Virus record (IMG/VR): IMGVR_UViG_3300042343_001141
Coordinates: 1-38,376 of that record
Reading direction: 5' to 3' (one strand)
DNA length: 38,376 nucleotides
Source: a virus
Lineage: Duplodnaviria > Caudoviricetes
Positions 27,425 to 36,135 of the stretch are shown piece after piece. A program made the position numbers and the translations under genes. The first letter of the stretch is position 1; every line of letters starts with the position of its first letter. The notes under the pieces were generated by a model. The model was not told the origin of the DNA. It ran no database searches and saw nothing but the letters and a program-made list of their open reading frames with translations.

Positions 27425-27459
27425 AGCCCCTGGCCTTTGTGCCAGGGGCTTTTTCTTTT
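27425..27459 (+). terminator. Intrinsic terminator at the end of the late operon
   Basis: agcccctggc-ctttgt-gccaggggct followed by ttttctttt. Confidence 0.9.
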
Positions 27460-27464
27460 GGGCA

Positions 27465-27493
27465 TTGACAGCCCGCTGGTAGGGTCGTACACT
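27465..27493 (+). promoter_or_regulatory. Sigma70-type promoter of the replication operon
   Basis: TTGACA (27465-27470), 17-bp spacer, TACACT (27488-27493), then a GGAGG SD and ATG 27535. Confidence 0.88.
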
Positions 27494-27534
27494 ACCCACC
27501 TAGGTAGCGTTGCTGCCGAGAGAACGGAGGCCAA

Positions 27535-28287
27535 ATGACGTTTACTGTTGCTCAGGCCCTGAACGAGTACATCAGGTCCACATCCAAGCCACGTCAACCT
27601 GACGGGATGTGGCACCCATCCGGCCTGTACGGCTGTGATCGCAAGACCATCTACGAGGTCAGGGGCACTGCCCCGACCGACGACCGGGACGACCGTAGCT
27701 ACCGCATCCTTGAGGTTGGGCAGATCATGCACGACTTCATCCAGGGTGCGTTGAAGCACTCGAATACCTACGTGGCCCAGGCGTGGGACGAGGTTAAGAT
27801 TAACGCTGCCGACATTAAACTTGTTGGCTCAGTCGATATGCTTGTGCAGCACCACGACAAATCGTACGAGGTGCTTGAGTTCAAGACGATCAACAGTTAT
27901 GCATTCAAGTACAAGGAGCTCCCAAAGGAAGAGCACGTCGGACAGGTGCAGGCGTACCTTCATGGGCTTCGTTACTACGGCGGCATCGTCAACGAAGGAA
28001 CGCCGCAAGAGCACGCCATCGAGCCACTTGGTTCGGACCTTACCAAGGCCCGAATCATCTATGTCTCGAAGGATGATATGATGATGGAGGAGTACCCGGT
28101 CGAGTGGACTGCCGAGGGCGACGCTGACCTGATCTCCCGCATCAATCGGTTGGAGTCGCACCAGTCTTCTGGCACCTTGCCAGAGCGGCTCAAGCCGGAG
28201 GTTAAGAAGGGTAAGCTGCAGCGCAACTGGCTCTGCGGATATTGCCAATTCCAGACAAAGTGCTGGGATGAAGACAAGGAGGCATGA
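27535..28287 (+). CDS. Cas4-like PD-(D/E)xK exonuclease (250 aa)
   Basis: HPS...CDRK, G..MH, GSVD...LEFKT, Q...Y and C-terminal CGYCQFQTKC (1+3 Cys arrangement). Confidence 0.88.
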   Translation: MTFTVAQALNEYIRSTSKPRQPDGMWHPSGLYGCDRKTIYEVRGTAPTDDRDDRSYRILEVGQIMHDFIQGALKHSNTYVAQAWDEVKINAADIKLVGSVDMLVQHHDKSYEVLEFKTINSYAFKYKELPKEEHVGQVQAYLHGLRYYGGIVNEGTPQEHAIEPLGSDLTKARIIYVSKDDMMMEEYPVEWTAEGDADLISRINRLESHQSSGTLPERLKPEVKKGKLQRNWLCGYCQFQTKCWDEDKEA

Positions 28288-28868
28288 ACATGGCAGACGA
28301 TCGACTCAGTAATTACATCGAGGTCAAGGACCGGGTGGCAGAGTTCTTCAAGCGATACCCAGACGGAAGCATCCAGACAGAGATTGCTTCGCTCTCGGAT
28401 AAGTTGGTGGTGGTCCGCGCCTATGCGTACCGCAGCCCAGAAGATGCGCGACCTGGAGTAGACTACAGCTCGCTCGAGATCCCTGGAAAGACTGGGTTCA
28501 CGAGAGGCTCAGAGCTTGAGAATGCGGCTACCTCTGCGGTGGGACGTGCGCTATCTCTTGGTCTTGGTATCGCAGCGCACCGTGGCATCGCCTCCAAGGA
28601 GGAGGTCGCAGTGAAGCAGGCGCAGGGTGAGGCGAAGGCCGCCTCTTCGACCGGCAAGCTGGCTACTGACGCCATGAAGCGCATGGTGTTTGCAGAGGCA
28701 AAGAAGCAGGGCCTTGGCGAAGAGCAGATCAAGGCGCTGTTTGCGTTGGTGGCAGGGACTCCTTCAAGCGAGGGCCTGAGCTATCAGCACGTCGACATCA
28801 TCCTTGAGGAGCTGAAGACGAAGGGCACGCGGTTCCAACTCGCATCTGATACGGCCAAGGTCGGCTGA
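28284..28868 (+). CDS. Putative ssDNA-annealing recombinase (194 aa)
   Basis: YIEVKDRV..F...YPDGSIQTE and LENAATSAVGRAL; lies between the exonuclease and the helicase. Confidence 0.7.
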   Translation: MNMADDRLSNYIEVKDRVAEFFKRYPDGSIQTEIASLSDKLVVVRAYAYRSPEDARPGVDYSSLEIPGKTGFTRGSELENAATSAVGRALSLGLGIAAHRGIASKEEVAVKQAQGEAKAASSTGKLATDAMKRMVFAEAKKQGLGEEQIKALFALVAGTPSSEGLSYQHVDIILEELKTKGTRFQLASDTAKVG

Positions 28869-30133
28869 TGGAGCAGTTGCCGTTTAACCAGGGGGCCGAG
28901 GCTGGCCTCCTGACCCGGCTACTCCTTGACCCGGCTCAGATACCGCTCGTCAGCGACAAGCTGACGGCAGAGGACTTCTATGTGCCAGAGTATCGCCGCG
29001 CATATAACGCGATGGTACGTTTATCGCAGGAGCGCAAGTCGGTAGACATTGCCTCCATGGGTCAGGATGGCGTCGGCCTCAACGCCCTCCTGACCCAGAT
29101 GACTCAGGGCCACCGAGCACCAGCCGAAGAGTACGCAGAGATCGTGCGGCGAGACGGATTCCGTCGTCGCCTCATCGTTGCGCTCGAGAAGCTGATCGAC
29201 AAGGCGCACCGGGAGGAGTCCAGGCAGGACCTTCTGACTGCCCTGTCACAGGCCACCACCTCGATCATGTCGAACGCGGAGGACGGATCACTTCTGTCCC
29301 CGCACAGTGCAGTCGAGATGTACAAGGACGTCCAGGTCGCAAGGATGTCCGGCATCAATGGGCTCTCCTACAATATCGGAGGGCTGGATAGGCTGCTTAC
29401 CCCTGCTCATGGCGGGGAGATGATCGTTGTGGCCGCTCGTCCATCCGTTGGCAAGAGCGCGTTGGCCGATAACGTGGCCGACAACTGGGCTGAACAAAGT
29501 CAGCATCCGATCCTCTTTGTCTCGATCGAGATGACCGTGCCCCAGCTTTTAGACCGTGCTGTCGCACGCCTTGGCCACCTCGATGCGTCGAAGGTTATTC
29601 GTGGGCAGCTCAATGGGGACGAGCAGAAGGTTGCTATCGAGGTTCTTGCAAAGAGAGAGACTATGAGGATCTGGTACCTCGACGACCCTCACGCAACCAC
29701 AGGTTCGGTGCGCGCTGCGGCTGCCAAACTACGCAGCTTGACTGGCGGCATCGGTGGCATCATCATCGACTACATGCAGATCTTGAAGGACGACGGCACG
29801 GACTCTGAGGTCCAGCGCGTCACAAGGATTAGCCGAAACGTCAAGGCCCTTGGCCGAGAGTTCGACTGCCCTGTGCTCGTGCTGTCCCAGCTCAACCGTG
29901 CGGTTGAACTTCGAGACGATCAGCACCCGAAACTGCACGACCTCCGGGAGTCCGGGGCCATCGAGCAGGACGCTGACATCGTCATCGGGTTGAAGAGGGA
30001 GCTCGGTACCAGGGAAATGGATATCGAGGTCCTCAAGAATCGGCAGGGTCCTGTCGGGTTGGTGAAGGTCGAGTTCGACTTTACCACCATGACATTCCCA
30101 CCGTACAATGCAGTTAAGGAGGCAGTTTCATGA
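28868..30133 (+). CDS. dnaB: DnaB-like replicative helicase (421 aa)
   Basis: AARPSVGKS (Walker A), SIEM, IIIDYMQ, LSQLNR, DLRESGAIEQDAD, KNRQG. Confidence 0.96.
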   Translation: MEQLPFNQGAEAGLLTRLLLDPAQIPLVSDKLTAEDFYVPEYRRAYNAMVRLSQERKSVDIASMGQDGVGLNALLTQMTQGHRAPAEEYAEIVRRDGFRRRLIVALEKLIDKAHREESRQDLLTALSQATTSIMSNAEDGSLLSPHSAVEMYKDVQVARMSGINGLSYNIGGLDRLLTPAHGGEMIVVAARPSVGKSALADNVADNWAEQSQHPILFVSIEMTVPQLLDRAVARLGHLDASKVIRGQLNGDEQKVAIEVLAKRETMRIWYLDDPHATTGSVRAAAAKLRSLTGGIGGIIIDYMQILKDDGTDSEVQRVTRISRNVKALGREFDCPVLVLSQLNRAVELRDDQHPKLHDLRESGAIEQDADIVIGLKRELGTREMDIEVLKNRQGPVGLVKVEFDFTTMTFPPYNAVKEAVS

Positions 30134-30600
30134 GAATCTACGTTGCGTTCGTTACATCGATCTGCGTGATCGCATCGTTCTTTAGCGGGTACGGCGTCGG
30201 CAAGTCCGAGGGCCTGATGACCCCGGTGTTCGTACAGGTCACACCATCCCCGAGCCCGGAGCCTGAGGTAAAGCCATCCAACGTGATCGTTGGGGTTGCA
30301 TCATGGTACGACGCCAAGCGTAGCGGACAGAGCACTTGGTACAGCAGGGCCGGGGTGAAGTACTACGCGGCAGCAGGGCCAGCCTTGCGGGCGGTAAAGA
30401 ACTTCCGATACGGAATGAACCCATACCCAATCAGGATCACCAACCTCAAGACCGGTCGCAGTGTGGTCGCCCTTGTGGTAGACTGGTGTGAGTGCCCGGC
30501 GAAGAACCGAATCGTGGATCTTGCGCCGGCTCTGTTCAAGGAGCTCGGGGTTGACCTTAGCCTCGGCCTCCAGAAGGTATCGATTGAGGTCATTGAGTAG
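30130..30600 (+). CDS. Membrane-anchored RlpA-like double-psi beta-barrel protein (156 aa)
   Basis: N-terminal TM helix, Pro linker, GVASWY, ITNLKTGRSV...VVD and RIVDLAPALFKELG...GLQKV. Confidence 0.8.
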   Translation: MRIYVAFVTSICVIASFFSGYGVGKSEGLMTPVFVQVTPSPSPEPEVKPSNVIVGVASWYDAKRSGQSTWYSRAGVKYYAAAGPALRAVKNFRYGMNPYPIRITNLKTGRSVVALVVDWCECPAKNRIVDLAPALFKELGVDLSLGLQKVSIEVIE

Positions 30601-30609
30601 GAGGCACTC

Positions 30610-30942
30610 ATGGGAAAGATGAAAGACATGGCAATCGTCGCACACAACGAGGAGATGGACGTCCCTGAGTACGCTCAGGACAGCGCGCTCATGGCCGATG
30701 GATTCGAGAAGGCGTTCATCGGGTTTGGCACGCACTTCAGCCACGCTGTGGCGATCTATGACTACGACAGGTGTCTCGACATCCTGATCTCCATGTTCAG
30801 GAAAGACGCCGAGTTCGAGCAGAGAGAGATCGACCCCGAGCAGATCTACCTTGACGCGGTGGAGTACATGGAGTTCAACGTCACAGGCGGTTGGGTCGGG
30901 CCAAACACCCCGGTCTTCCTCAGGGACAGGAGGAGCCTATGA
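30610..30942 (+). CDS. Conserved phage hypothetical protein (110 aa)
   Basis: DGFEKAFIG...AIYDY...AVEYMEFNV.GGWVGPNTPVF, a pattern common in aquatic phages; AGGAGG SD. Confidence 0.75.
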   Translation: MGKMKDMAIVAHNEEMDVPEYAQDSALMADGFEKAFIGFGTHFSHAVAIYDYDRCLDILISMFRKDAEFEQREIDPEQIYLDAVEYMEFNVTGGWVGPNTPVFLRDRRSL

Positions 30943-31286
30943 AGGATGCTGCTGCCTCCCGGAGGGGGCGCAACAATCGCAAGCGTGGCAACGCGCTTGA
31001 GCTCTGGGCATGCAAGCAGCTCGGCATCAGCCGGACTGGGATGTTTGGAAGCAAGGTTGACGGTGGAAAGCATGACGAGTGGATTGTGATCCAGGTCAAG
31101 TCTGGTCCATCCAACTTTAGCGAGAAGGTATGGGGCCTTCTCAACTCGCTCACTCCGGTGGCGGGTCAACAGCGCGGTGTCGTCTTCGTAAGTGCAGACG
31201 GACCGGGTAAGCCGAAGCGAGCGTACATTGCGCTCGATCTCGGAGAATTTGTAGATAGCGTAGGAGGAAAAGAAAATGGCGAGTAA
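30939..31286 (+). CDS. Putative Holliday-junction resolvase / PD-(D/E)xK nuclease
   Basis: Start at the ATGA overlap at 30939. NRKRGNALE...D...IQVK resembles Hjc-like phage resolvases. Confidence 0.65.
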   Translation: MKDAAASRRGRNNRKRGNALELWACKQLGISRTGMFGSKVDGGKHDEWIVIQVKSGPSNFSEKVWGLLNSLTPVAGQQRGVVFVSADGPGKPKRAYIALDLGEFVDSVGGKENGE

Positions 31287-31626
31287 AGGAACGTTCTTGG
31301 CAACGGTAGGAGCAGTCGGCGGCACGCCGGAGACGAAGGATACCCAGAAGGGTAAGATCGTAACCTTCCGTCTCGCAGTGCAGACAGGATATCCGGAGAG
31401 CAAGGGCGATAAGGGGCCAGACCCAATCTGGTACGACGTCGCCGTGTTCAAGGAGGCCCTGCAGCCGGTGGTCCTCGAGGCCATCTACAAGGGTTCGAAG
31501 GTCGCAGTCGAAGGCTACACCTCGGTGCGTGAGTACCAGGGCAAGGCCTACCATAACATCGTGGCCAGCCGGGTTGGCATTGTCGAGTGGCTCAAGGCTG
31601 ACGGTAGCGCGGCGGTACCATTCTGA
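31276..31626 (+). CDS. ssb: Single-stranded DNA-binding protein (116 aa)
   Basis: OB-fold motifs FRLAV, WYDVAVF and KGSKVAVEG, with C-terminal VPF. Confidence 0.9.
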   Translation: MASKGTFLATVGAVGGTPETKDTQKGKIVTFRLAVQTGYPESKGDKGPDPIWYDVAVFKEALQPVVLEAIYKGSKVAVEGYTSVREYQGKAYHNIVASRVGIVEWLKADGSAAVPF

Positions 31627-32114
31627 TGGGGGTCAAGGTTGACCTCAGTTGGTACGAGCTTGAGCTTGCAGTCAACGTCGGAGCACGACGACAGACGGAG
31701 TCTCTCCGAAAGAATCTCCAGGATGCCCACGGATTCAATGGTGAAGATGGATGGACCAAGCATATTGAGGGGGCCTGCGGCGAGATGGTCGTGGCTAAAC
31801 TCCTCGGCATGTACTGGGATGGATCGGTCAACACCTTCAAGCGGCCGGACGTCGGCATGATCCAGGTAAGGACCAGGAGCAAGAGCACGTACGACCTGAT
31901 CGTCAGGCCGAACGACGAGGATGACAGCATCTTCGTGCTTGTGACTGGGGTGGCCCCATCCTTCGAGGTGGTCGGCTTCATCCGTGGTGGCGACGCGAAG
32001 CAGGAAGCATGGGCTGAATCATATGGCGACAGGCCTTCGGCATTCTTTGTCCCGCAAGAGTCGCTCATGCCAATCGAGAACCTCGTGCAGCAGCGAGAGC
32101 TTGTTGAGGCGTGA
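31626..32114 (+). CDS. Hypothetical protein, possible restriction-endonuclease-like fold (162 aa)
   Basis: GACGEMVVAK...PDV...IQVRT, a degenerate E...PD-(Q)xK-like motif. Confidence 0.6.
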   Translation: MGVKVDLSWYELELAVNVGARRQTESLRKNLQDAHGFNGEDGWTKHIEGACGEMVVAKLLGMYWDGSVNTFKRPDVGMIQVRTRSKSTYDLIVRPNDEDDSIFVLVTGVAPSFEVVGFIRGGDAKQEAWAESYGDRPSAFFVPQESLMPIENLVQQRELVEA

Positions 32115-32965
32115 GCTCGTTTTTGGAGTCGATCTGGGGGAGGTCCGAGATGTATGGAGAGCTGCGCCTGATGCGGCAGGACGGAGACCGCAAGGTCATC
32201 ACGCAGAGGTTCTACCCTTTGCGCGATGGCCTCGGGATTGTCCGTGCTGAAGCTGACTGCCTGACCTTCATGGTCGAGGGGTGGGATGTGTACTACGGCG
32301 TGGTTCCAAGGGTCCGGCAAAGGGGCACGGCAGCAGATGCTGCGCCCAGCACGAACGTGATCTGGGCAGACGTTGATGCCAAGAACTTCGCTTCGAAGAC
32401 TGAGGCAGCTACGAGCCTGAACATGTTTGAGATCCCGGCCTCTGCAATCGTTGACTCTGGGCATGGGTTCCATGCGTACTGGTTTCTGAGCGAGCCGGTC
32501 GAGATGGCACAGGCCCAGTCATCGATGAAGGTCATCGCACGAGCGGTCGGTGGCGACGCAGTGTCTGACGCTTCAAGGGTGCTCCGAGTACCGGGGACCA
32601 CGAACTACAAGGGCACGCCTGCTCCAGTCAGGCTGCTCAGGTTCGACGATGCTCGTAGGTACAGGCCTGGAGACTTCCCGGTCGATGAGGTCGTGGTCAA
32701 GAGGCCGAGGGCCGTGGTCACTGACGTCTCATCGTTCGTGAAGTTACCGGACTGGCTTCAGCAAATTGTCAAGGAGGGCGCGCCTAAAGGGGCACGCTCT
32801 GAGGCCGCCTTCAAGGCGTGCCTTTGGATGATCCGCTACGGATGGAGCGAGGAAGCTATCCGCGAGATCTTTGCGGCGTACCCGAATGGCATCGGGGAGA
32901 AGTACGCTGAGAGCGGGGACCGCTGGCTTGCGGTGACCCTGAGAGCAGCGAGAGAGGCGGCATAA
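32111..32965 (+). CDS. RepB-like (AEP superfamily) DNA primase (284 aa)
   Basis: WADVD (motif I), SGHGFHAYW (motif II), D.SRVLRVPGTTNYK (motif III), C-terminal helical domain RSEAAF. Confidence 0.88.
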   Translation: MSSFLESIWGRSEMYGELRLMRQDGDRKVITQRFYPLRDGLGIVRAEADCLTFMVEGWDVYYGVVPRVRQRGTAADAAPSTNVIWADVDAKNFASKTEAATSLNMFEIPASAIVDSGHGFHAYWFLSEPVEMAQAQSSMKVIARAVGGDAVSDASRVLRVPGTTNYKGTPAPVRLLRFDDARRYRPGDFPVDEVVVKRPRAVVTDVSSFVKLPDWLQQIVKEGAPKGARSEAAFKACLWMIRYGWSEEAIREIFAAYPNGIGEKYAESGDRWLAVTLRAAREAA

Positions 32966-33156
32966 TGGCAGCCGTGAAGACACAGAAGGGATCTAGCGGT
33001 CCGAAATTACAGACAAGGTGGAAGGGCGCGATCTGCTCGCTGTGTGCGAAGGAGATCGATGGGCTCAATCAGTCGTGGAGAGTGAAGTCGATATCGTATG
33101 GACCCCGCCGGGACATCATGGTGTGGCAGCACCGAGCATGCCAGGCTGCGAAATGA
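32965..33156 (+). CDS. Small zinc-finger protein (63 aa)
   Basis: CSLC...HRAC; coupled to both neighbours. Confidence 0.7.
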   Translation: MAAVKTQKGSSGPKLQTRWKGAICSLCAKEIDGLNQSWRVKSISYGPRRDIMVWQHRACQAAK

Positions 33157-33392
33157 TTAGCAAGCTTGGAGCTGAGTACATCCAATCGGCGGTCGAGGCC
33201 GGTAGAATCAGGCAACAGGCAGCACAGGAGTTCCTACGATTAGTCGCTGCTAAGACCGATCGTTGGGTCGCGCAAAAGATGGTCGAAGCTGAATACGCTG
33301 AGCGGATCGCGACTGCCGAGGCGGTGGCCGAGGTCAAGCTGGCATACCTGAAGAATGGAGGGGACAATGCCTATCAACCCAACGAAAACTAG
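33153..33392 (+). CDS. Hypothetical helical protein
   Basis: Start moved to the ATGA overlap at 33153 (MISKLGAEY...). Confidence 0.65.
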   Translation: MISKLGAEYIQSAVEAGRIRQQAAQEFLRLVAAKTDRWVAQKMVEAEYAERIATAEAVAEVKLAYLKNGGDNAYQPNEN

Positions 33393-33501
33393 TTCTCCGG
33401 TTTCCTCATGGGCCCGAAGAAACCATGACCTCGTCATCTTCTTCTGTGGTCAGGTCACCGCGTTGGTCCTGTTTGCAGTGGCGATGGCGTTGACAAAATG
33501 A
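33367..33501 (+). CDS. Small single-TM protein (44 aa, absent from the ORF track)
   Basis: GGAGGGG SD. MPINPTKTSSPVSSWARRNHDLVIFFCGQVTALVLFAVAMALTK; ATGA overlap with the next gene. Confidence 0.65.
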   Translation: MPINPTKTSSPVSSWARRNHDLVIFFCGQVTALVLFAVAMALTK

Positions 33502-33722
33502 AATGCCCGGCATGCGGAGGGCGAGAGTATCGACGACACCGGACTCCGGTGGAGGTCAGCAACGTGATCTACCGTCGGCACGAGTGCCTAAACTGGAGGT
33601 GCGGCACAATCTTCATCAGCATGCAGCAAGCACTGAGCGAGGAGATGGTCGAGGTCCTGGCCGAGGCCTTCGAGATTGCGACGACGCAGACCTCTTCTTC
33701 CGAGGAGACGCAGAGCGACTAG
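33498..33722 (+). CDS. Ogr/Delta- or NrdR-like zinc-ribbon protein, possible transcription regulator (74 aa)
   Basis: MKCPACG...YRRHECLNWRCGTIF. Confidence 0.7.
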   Translation: MKCPACGGREYRRHRTPVEVSNVIYRRHECLNWRCGTIFISMQQALSEEMVEVLAEAFEIATTQTSSSEETQSD

Positions 33723-33863
33723 GATATCTAGCTCCGGGAGGAAAGGGGCTATGGGCCTACTACAGGGACCACGGCATACACCCCCCGGAGTATCTGAGGA
33801 GGACGGTGAACCGCAAGGAGCTCACCATGGGAGACGCAGTCAACCTTCTTGAGGATGACAAAT

Positions 33864-33896
33864 AAAAAGGCCCCAGGTCATACGACCTGGGGCCTT
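33864..33896 (-). terminator. Terminator at the convergence of the two arms
   Basis: aaggccccaggtc-atac-gacctggggcctt, 13-bp stem, with the U-tract on the minus strand. May act in both directions. Confidence 0.85.
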
Positions 33897-33928
33897 CGTA
33901 CAGGGGAGAACGACCCTGTTGGTGAATA

Positions 33929-34177
33929 CTAGAACGGAAAGACCTCATCCGACAAGGCCCTGACCGGGCCTGTTTTCGCTTGCTTCAACCCCTGTGCCAT
34001 CGCAACAGCACACGCGACCCATCCCTCGGCCCACGCTGCCTTCTCCGGGTCATCACCATGGATGTCACCCTCGACTGAGCGGATCGTCTTGATGATCTCC
34101 TTGACGGTCTGCTCGTAGGCAATTGCGTTGGCCTCGTGCCTGCGTAGAGACTCCAGTTCAGACTTCAAAATCTTCAT
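33929..34177 (-). CDS. Hypothetical protein (MKILKSELE...)
   Basis: Start moved to ATG 34177, which follows a GGGGAGG SD. Confidence 0.7.
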   Translation of the reverse strand: MKILKSELESLRRHEANAIAYEQTVKEIIKTIRSVEGDIHGDDPEKAAWAEGWVACAVAMAQGLKQAKTGPVRALSDEVFPF

Positions 34178-34463
34178 CGTAGCCTCCCCGCTCGGCCGGG
34201 ATAAAGGGGTCGCCGCACGCAATGCGGAGGATCGAGCCATAGGCCCGGCCATCCTGCACGTCAATTGCAACGAGGCCCTCACATGCGAGACAGTCACCGA
34301 CTAGGTCGGTTTCCATCTCCGGGTTGCGCGTGAGGTACGGCACGAAGTGCCCCTTGTCACGGAGCTCCTTGCTCGTGGTGCTCCACAATGCGTAAAGCTC
34401 CGACCTCAGGTCGCAGGTCCTGTTTGGGTATATCGCCGGGGGTGAATCCCCCTGCGTCCTCAC
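34158..34463 (-). CDS. Hypothetical protein (101 aa)
   Basis: GTG start overlapping the upstream TAG; contains CxxC; fills the operon gap. Confidence 0.6.
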   Translation of the reverse strand: MRTQGDSPPAIYPNRTCDLRSELYALWSTTSKELRDKGHFVPYLTRNPEMETDLVGDCLACEGLVAIDVQDGRAYGSILRIACGDPFIPAERGGYDEDFEV

Positions 34464-34726
34464 TACTGGATCCTCGCGAAGCGGTCGATGGCCTTGAACG
34501 CGTCGCCATATGACGAGACGTAGCCAACGGCCGACTCACGAGTCTCCGGATTAACGACCTCATAACGCATTGGCTGCCCCATCCCGGTGTCCCGGATCTG
34601 GTAGTGGCAGCCGTGCGCTGAACCGGTGAATACCACCGGCTCAAAGTGGCAGTCGACTCCGCACGTGATGCAGATGCCGTCCTCCCAGTGTGGATTGTGC
34701 TCTATTCCCCTATCAATGCAGTTCAT
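34463..34726 (-). CDS. Hypothetical Cys/His-containing protein (87 aa)
   Basis: AAGGAGG SD, CITC motif, downstream of an internal promoter. Confidence 0.7.
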   Translation of the reverse strand: MNCIDRGIEHNPHWEDGICITCGVDCHFEPVVFTGSAHGCHYQIRDTGMGQPMRYEVVNPETRESAVGYVSSYGDAFKAIDRFARIQ

Positions 34727-34766
34727 GTTCTCCTCCTTACTGCAAACTACTTGCCATTGCCACTAA

Positions 34767-34795
34767 AAGATACACCGCGTAGGCCATAAGTGCAA
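34767..34795 (-). promoter_or_regulatory. Internal sigma70-type promoter
   Basis: Minus strand reads TTGCAC, 17-bp spacer, TATCTT in a 77-bp intergenic gap. Confidence 0.7.
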
Positions 34796-34803
34796 CCATG
34801 ATC

Positions 34804-35448
34804 TTACTCTGCATGAGGATCGACTCCTTCTACGCAGTTTGTGCAGATCAGTTCATCGCCCACCTTGACCGGAGGCACACAGTCCTCCGGGACATACGCA
34901 ATGCCGCACTTGCTGCAACCATACGGCTCAAGGCTGAGAAGAAGGTCTTCAAAGTCCTTGACCCGGTGTTGCGGCACGAAGATTGATACGCCCGAAGCAA
35001 ACAGATTGCTCGTGCGATCGACCGCGAAGGCCACGTCAAAGGGCAGAAGTTCTGCCTCCCACGCGTACTTGATCTTCTCGGCAATGCCGTCAATCTTGGA
35101 GCCCTCGCCCCACAGATTCACGCCTTCGGCCACCTCGTGCCACCCCTCAAGGGTGGTCACGAAGTACCCGCGCCATGCATCCGTGCGTGTGTAGGTCCGG
35201 TTGAACCGGGCCCACTGTTCACGAGGGAGCTCCTCGTAGTACTCGCCGTCAACAATCCAGTTGGAGCCGATAAGGTACCGGTCCTCCTCCTTGCCGGGCT
35301 TGTACACCGTGACCACAGAGGCAGACTCAATGTCCGACTCAAAGCAGCCCCAGCAGTATTCTGCATTGCGCAGTTCAGACCAACGGCCACCGTCGCCGGA
35401 GTCCGTGTCAAAGGTGCTCTCGCACCCGAAGCACTTGACTTCGCTCAT
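34804..35448 (-). CDS. Hypothetical protein with four CxxC motifs (214 aa)
   Basis: CFGC, CWGC, CSKC, CTNC; central Y.RTDAWRGY motif; ATGA coupling. Confidence 0.8.
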   Translation of the reverse strand: MSEVKCFGCESTFDTDSGDGGRWSELRNAEYCWGCFESDIESASVVTVYKPGKEEDRYLIGSNWIVDGEYYEELPREQWARFNRTYTRTDAWRGYFVTTLEGWHEVAEGVNLWGEGSKIDGIAEKIKYAWEAELLPFDVAFAVDRTSNLFASGVSIFVPQHRVKDFEDLLLSLEPYGCSKCGIAYVPEDCVPPVKVGDELICTNCVEGVDPHAE

Positions 35449-35729
35449 GATTGGCCACCCTTCTTACTCTTCTTCTTGGGGTTCTCAATCTCGTACACGG
35501 CAGCCTTCACGCTACGCGACACGAGTTCATCGTGGCACGTCTCGCATAGTCCGGTGTACCAGAGTCCATCAAGGTCTGGCATGCCGCACTCCTTGCACGG
35601 ATTGTCTTCTGCCTCCTCAACGACCTTCTTCTCCAACGCCTCAGCGATGGCCTTGTTGGTCTTGTCGCTTGCGCCGATCACCACGATCTCAAACCCCAGT
35701 GCCGGCACGTTCAGTTTCCTTGTGCTCAT
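35445..35729 (-). CDS. Hypothetical zinc-finger protein (94 aa)
   Basis: AAGGAGG SD; CKEC...CETC; basic C-terminus. Confidence 0.75.
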   Translation of the reverse strand: MSTRKLNVPALGFEIVVIGASDKTNKAIAEALEKKVVEEAEDNPCKECGMPDLDGLWYTGLCETCHDELVSRSVKAAVYEIENPKKKSKKGGQS

Positions 35730-35824
35730 CAGAGCACCTCCTTCCCTAGTCCACTTAGAATCAAGGCCGCGAAGATAATCAACGCTAGTAGCCTCATGCG
35801 CTTTGTGTCCTGTTCATACTCCAT
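35729..35824 (-). CDS. Small single-TM peptide (31 aa, absent from the ORF track)
   Basis: AGGGGAG SD directly after ribozyme HHR1. MEYEQDTKRMRLLALIIFAALILSGLGKEVL; TGATG coupling to the next gene. Confidence 0.65.
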   Translation of the reverse strand: MEYEQDTKRMRLLALIIFAALILSGLGKEVL

Positions 35825-35849
35825 GTGTGTTCTCCCCTGTTCTCAAGGT

Positions 35850-35908
35850 GTCTGCCTCATCAGCCCCGGGAGACTATCCCCGGAGGACGCCCCGAAGGGC
35901 GTTTCGGC
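35850..35908 (-). ncRNA. Type II hammerhead ribozyme HHR1
   Basis: Minus strand: gcc GAAA cgccc-uucg-gggc GUC / cuccggg-gauagucu-cccgggg CUGAUGA ggc agac. Loop GUCU pairs with tail AGAC. Predicted cut 35886/35885. Confidence 0.93.
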
Positions 35909-36135
35909 TACCAGACTTCGCTCTTCTTGGCCTGGCTCTTCTCAGCGTAGTGAGCACGCAGCCGCGCGTCAATCCTGATCTTGATCTCTTCGCCAATCAC
36001 CCACCCGGTAACGATCGCGCCGACCGTACCGAAGAGGACCAGAACCGAGAGCCCAAGGTGGCCATACACGGCGTACGCCACCGCTGCTGCCACTGTGGCG
36101 AGCAGGTATGTTGCGATAAACTCCTTCACGTTCAA
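35908..36135 (-). CDS. Two-TM membrane protein (75 aa)
   Basis: GGAGG SD, TTG start, two hydrophobic helices; its TAG runs into HHR1. Confidence 0.75.
   Translation of the reverse strand: MNVKEFIATYLLATVAAAVAYAVYGHLGLSVLVLFGTVGAIVTGWVIGEEIKIRIDARLRAHYAEKSQAKKSEVW

Noticed and set aside
27535-28287. Cas4 as evidence of a CRISPR-Cas system
   Set aside because: No other cas genes or array. Solo Cas4-like nucleases beside annealing proteins are ordinary phage recombination genes.
35712-35736. Possible sixth hammerhead (minus strand CUGAUGAG-cacaag-GAAAC)
   Set aside because: No G-C pair closing stem II, and no stem I or III with a matching GUH. The UGAUG is a stop/start overlap between two genes.
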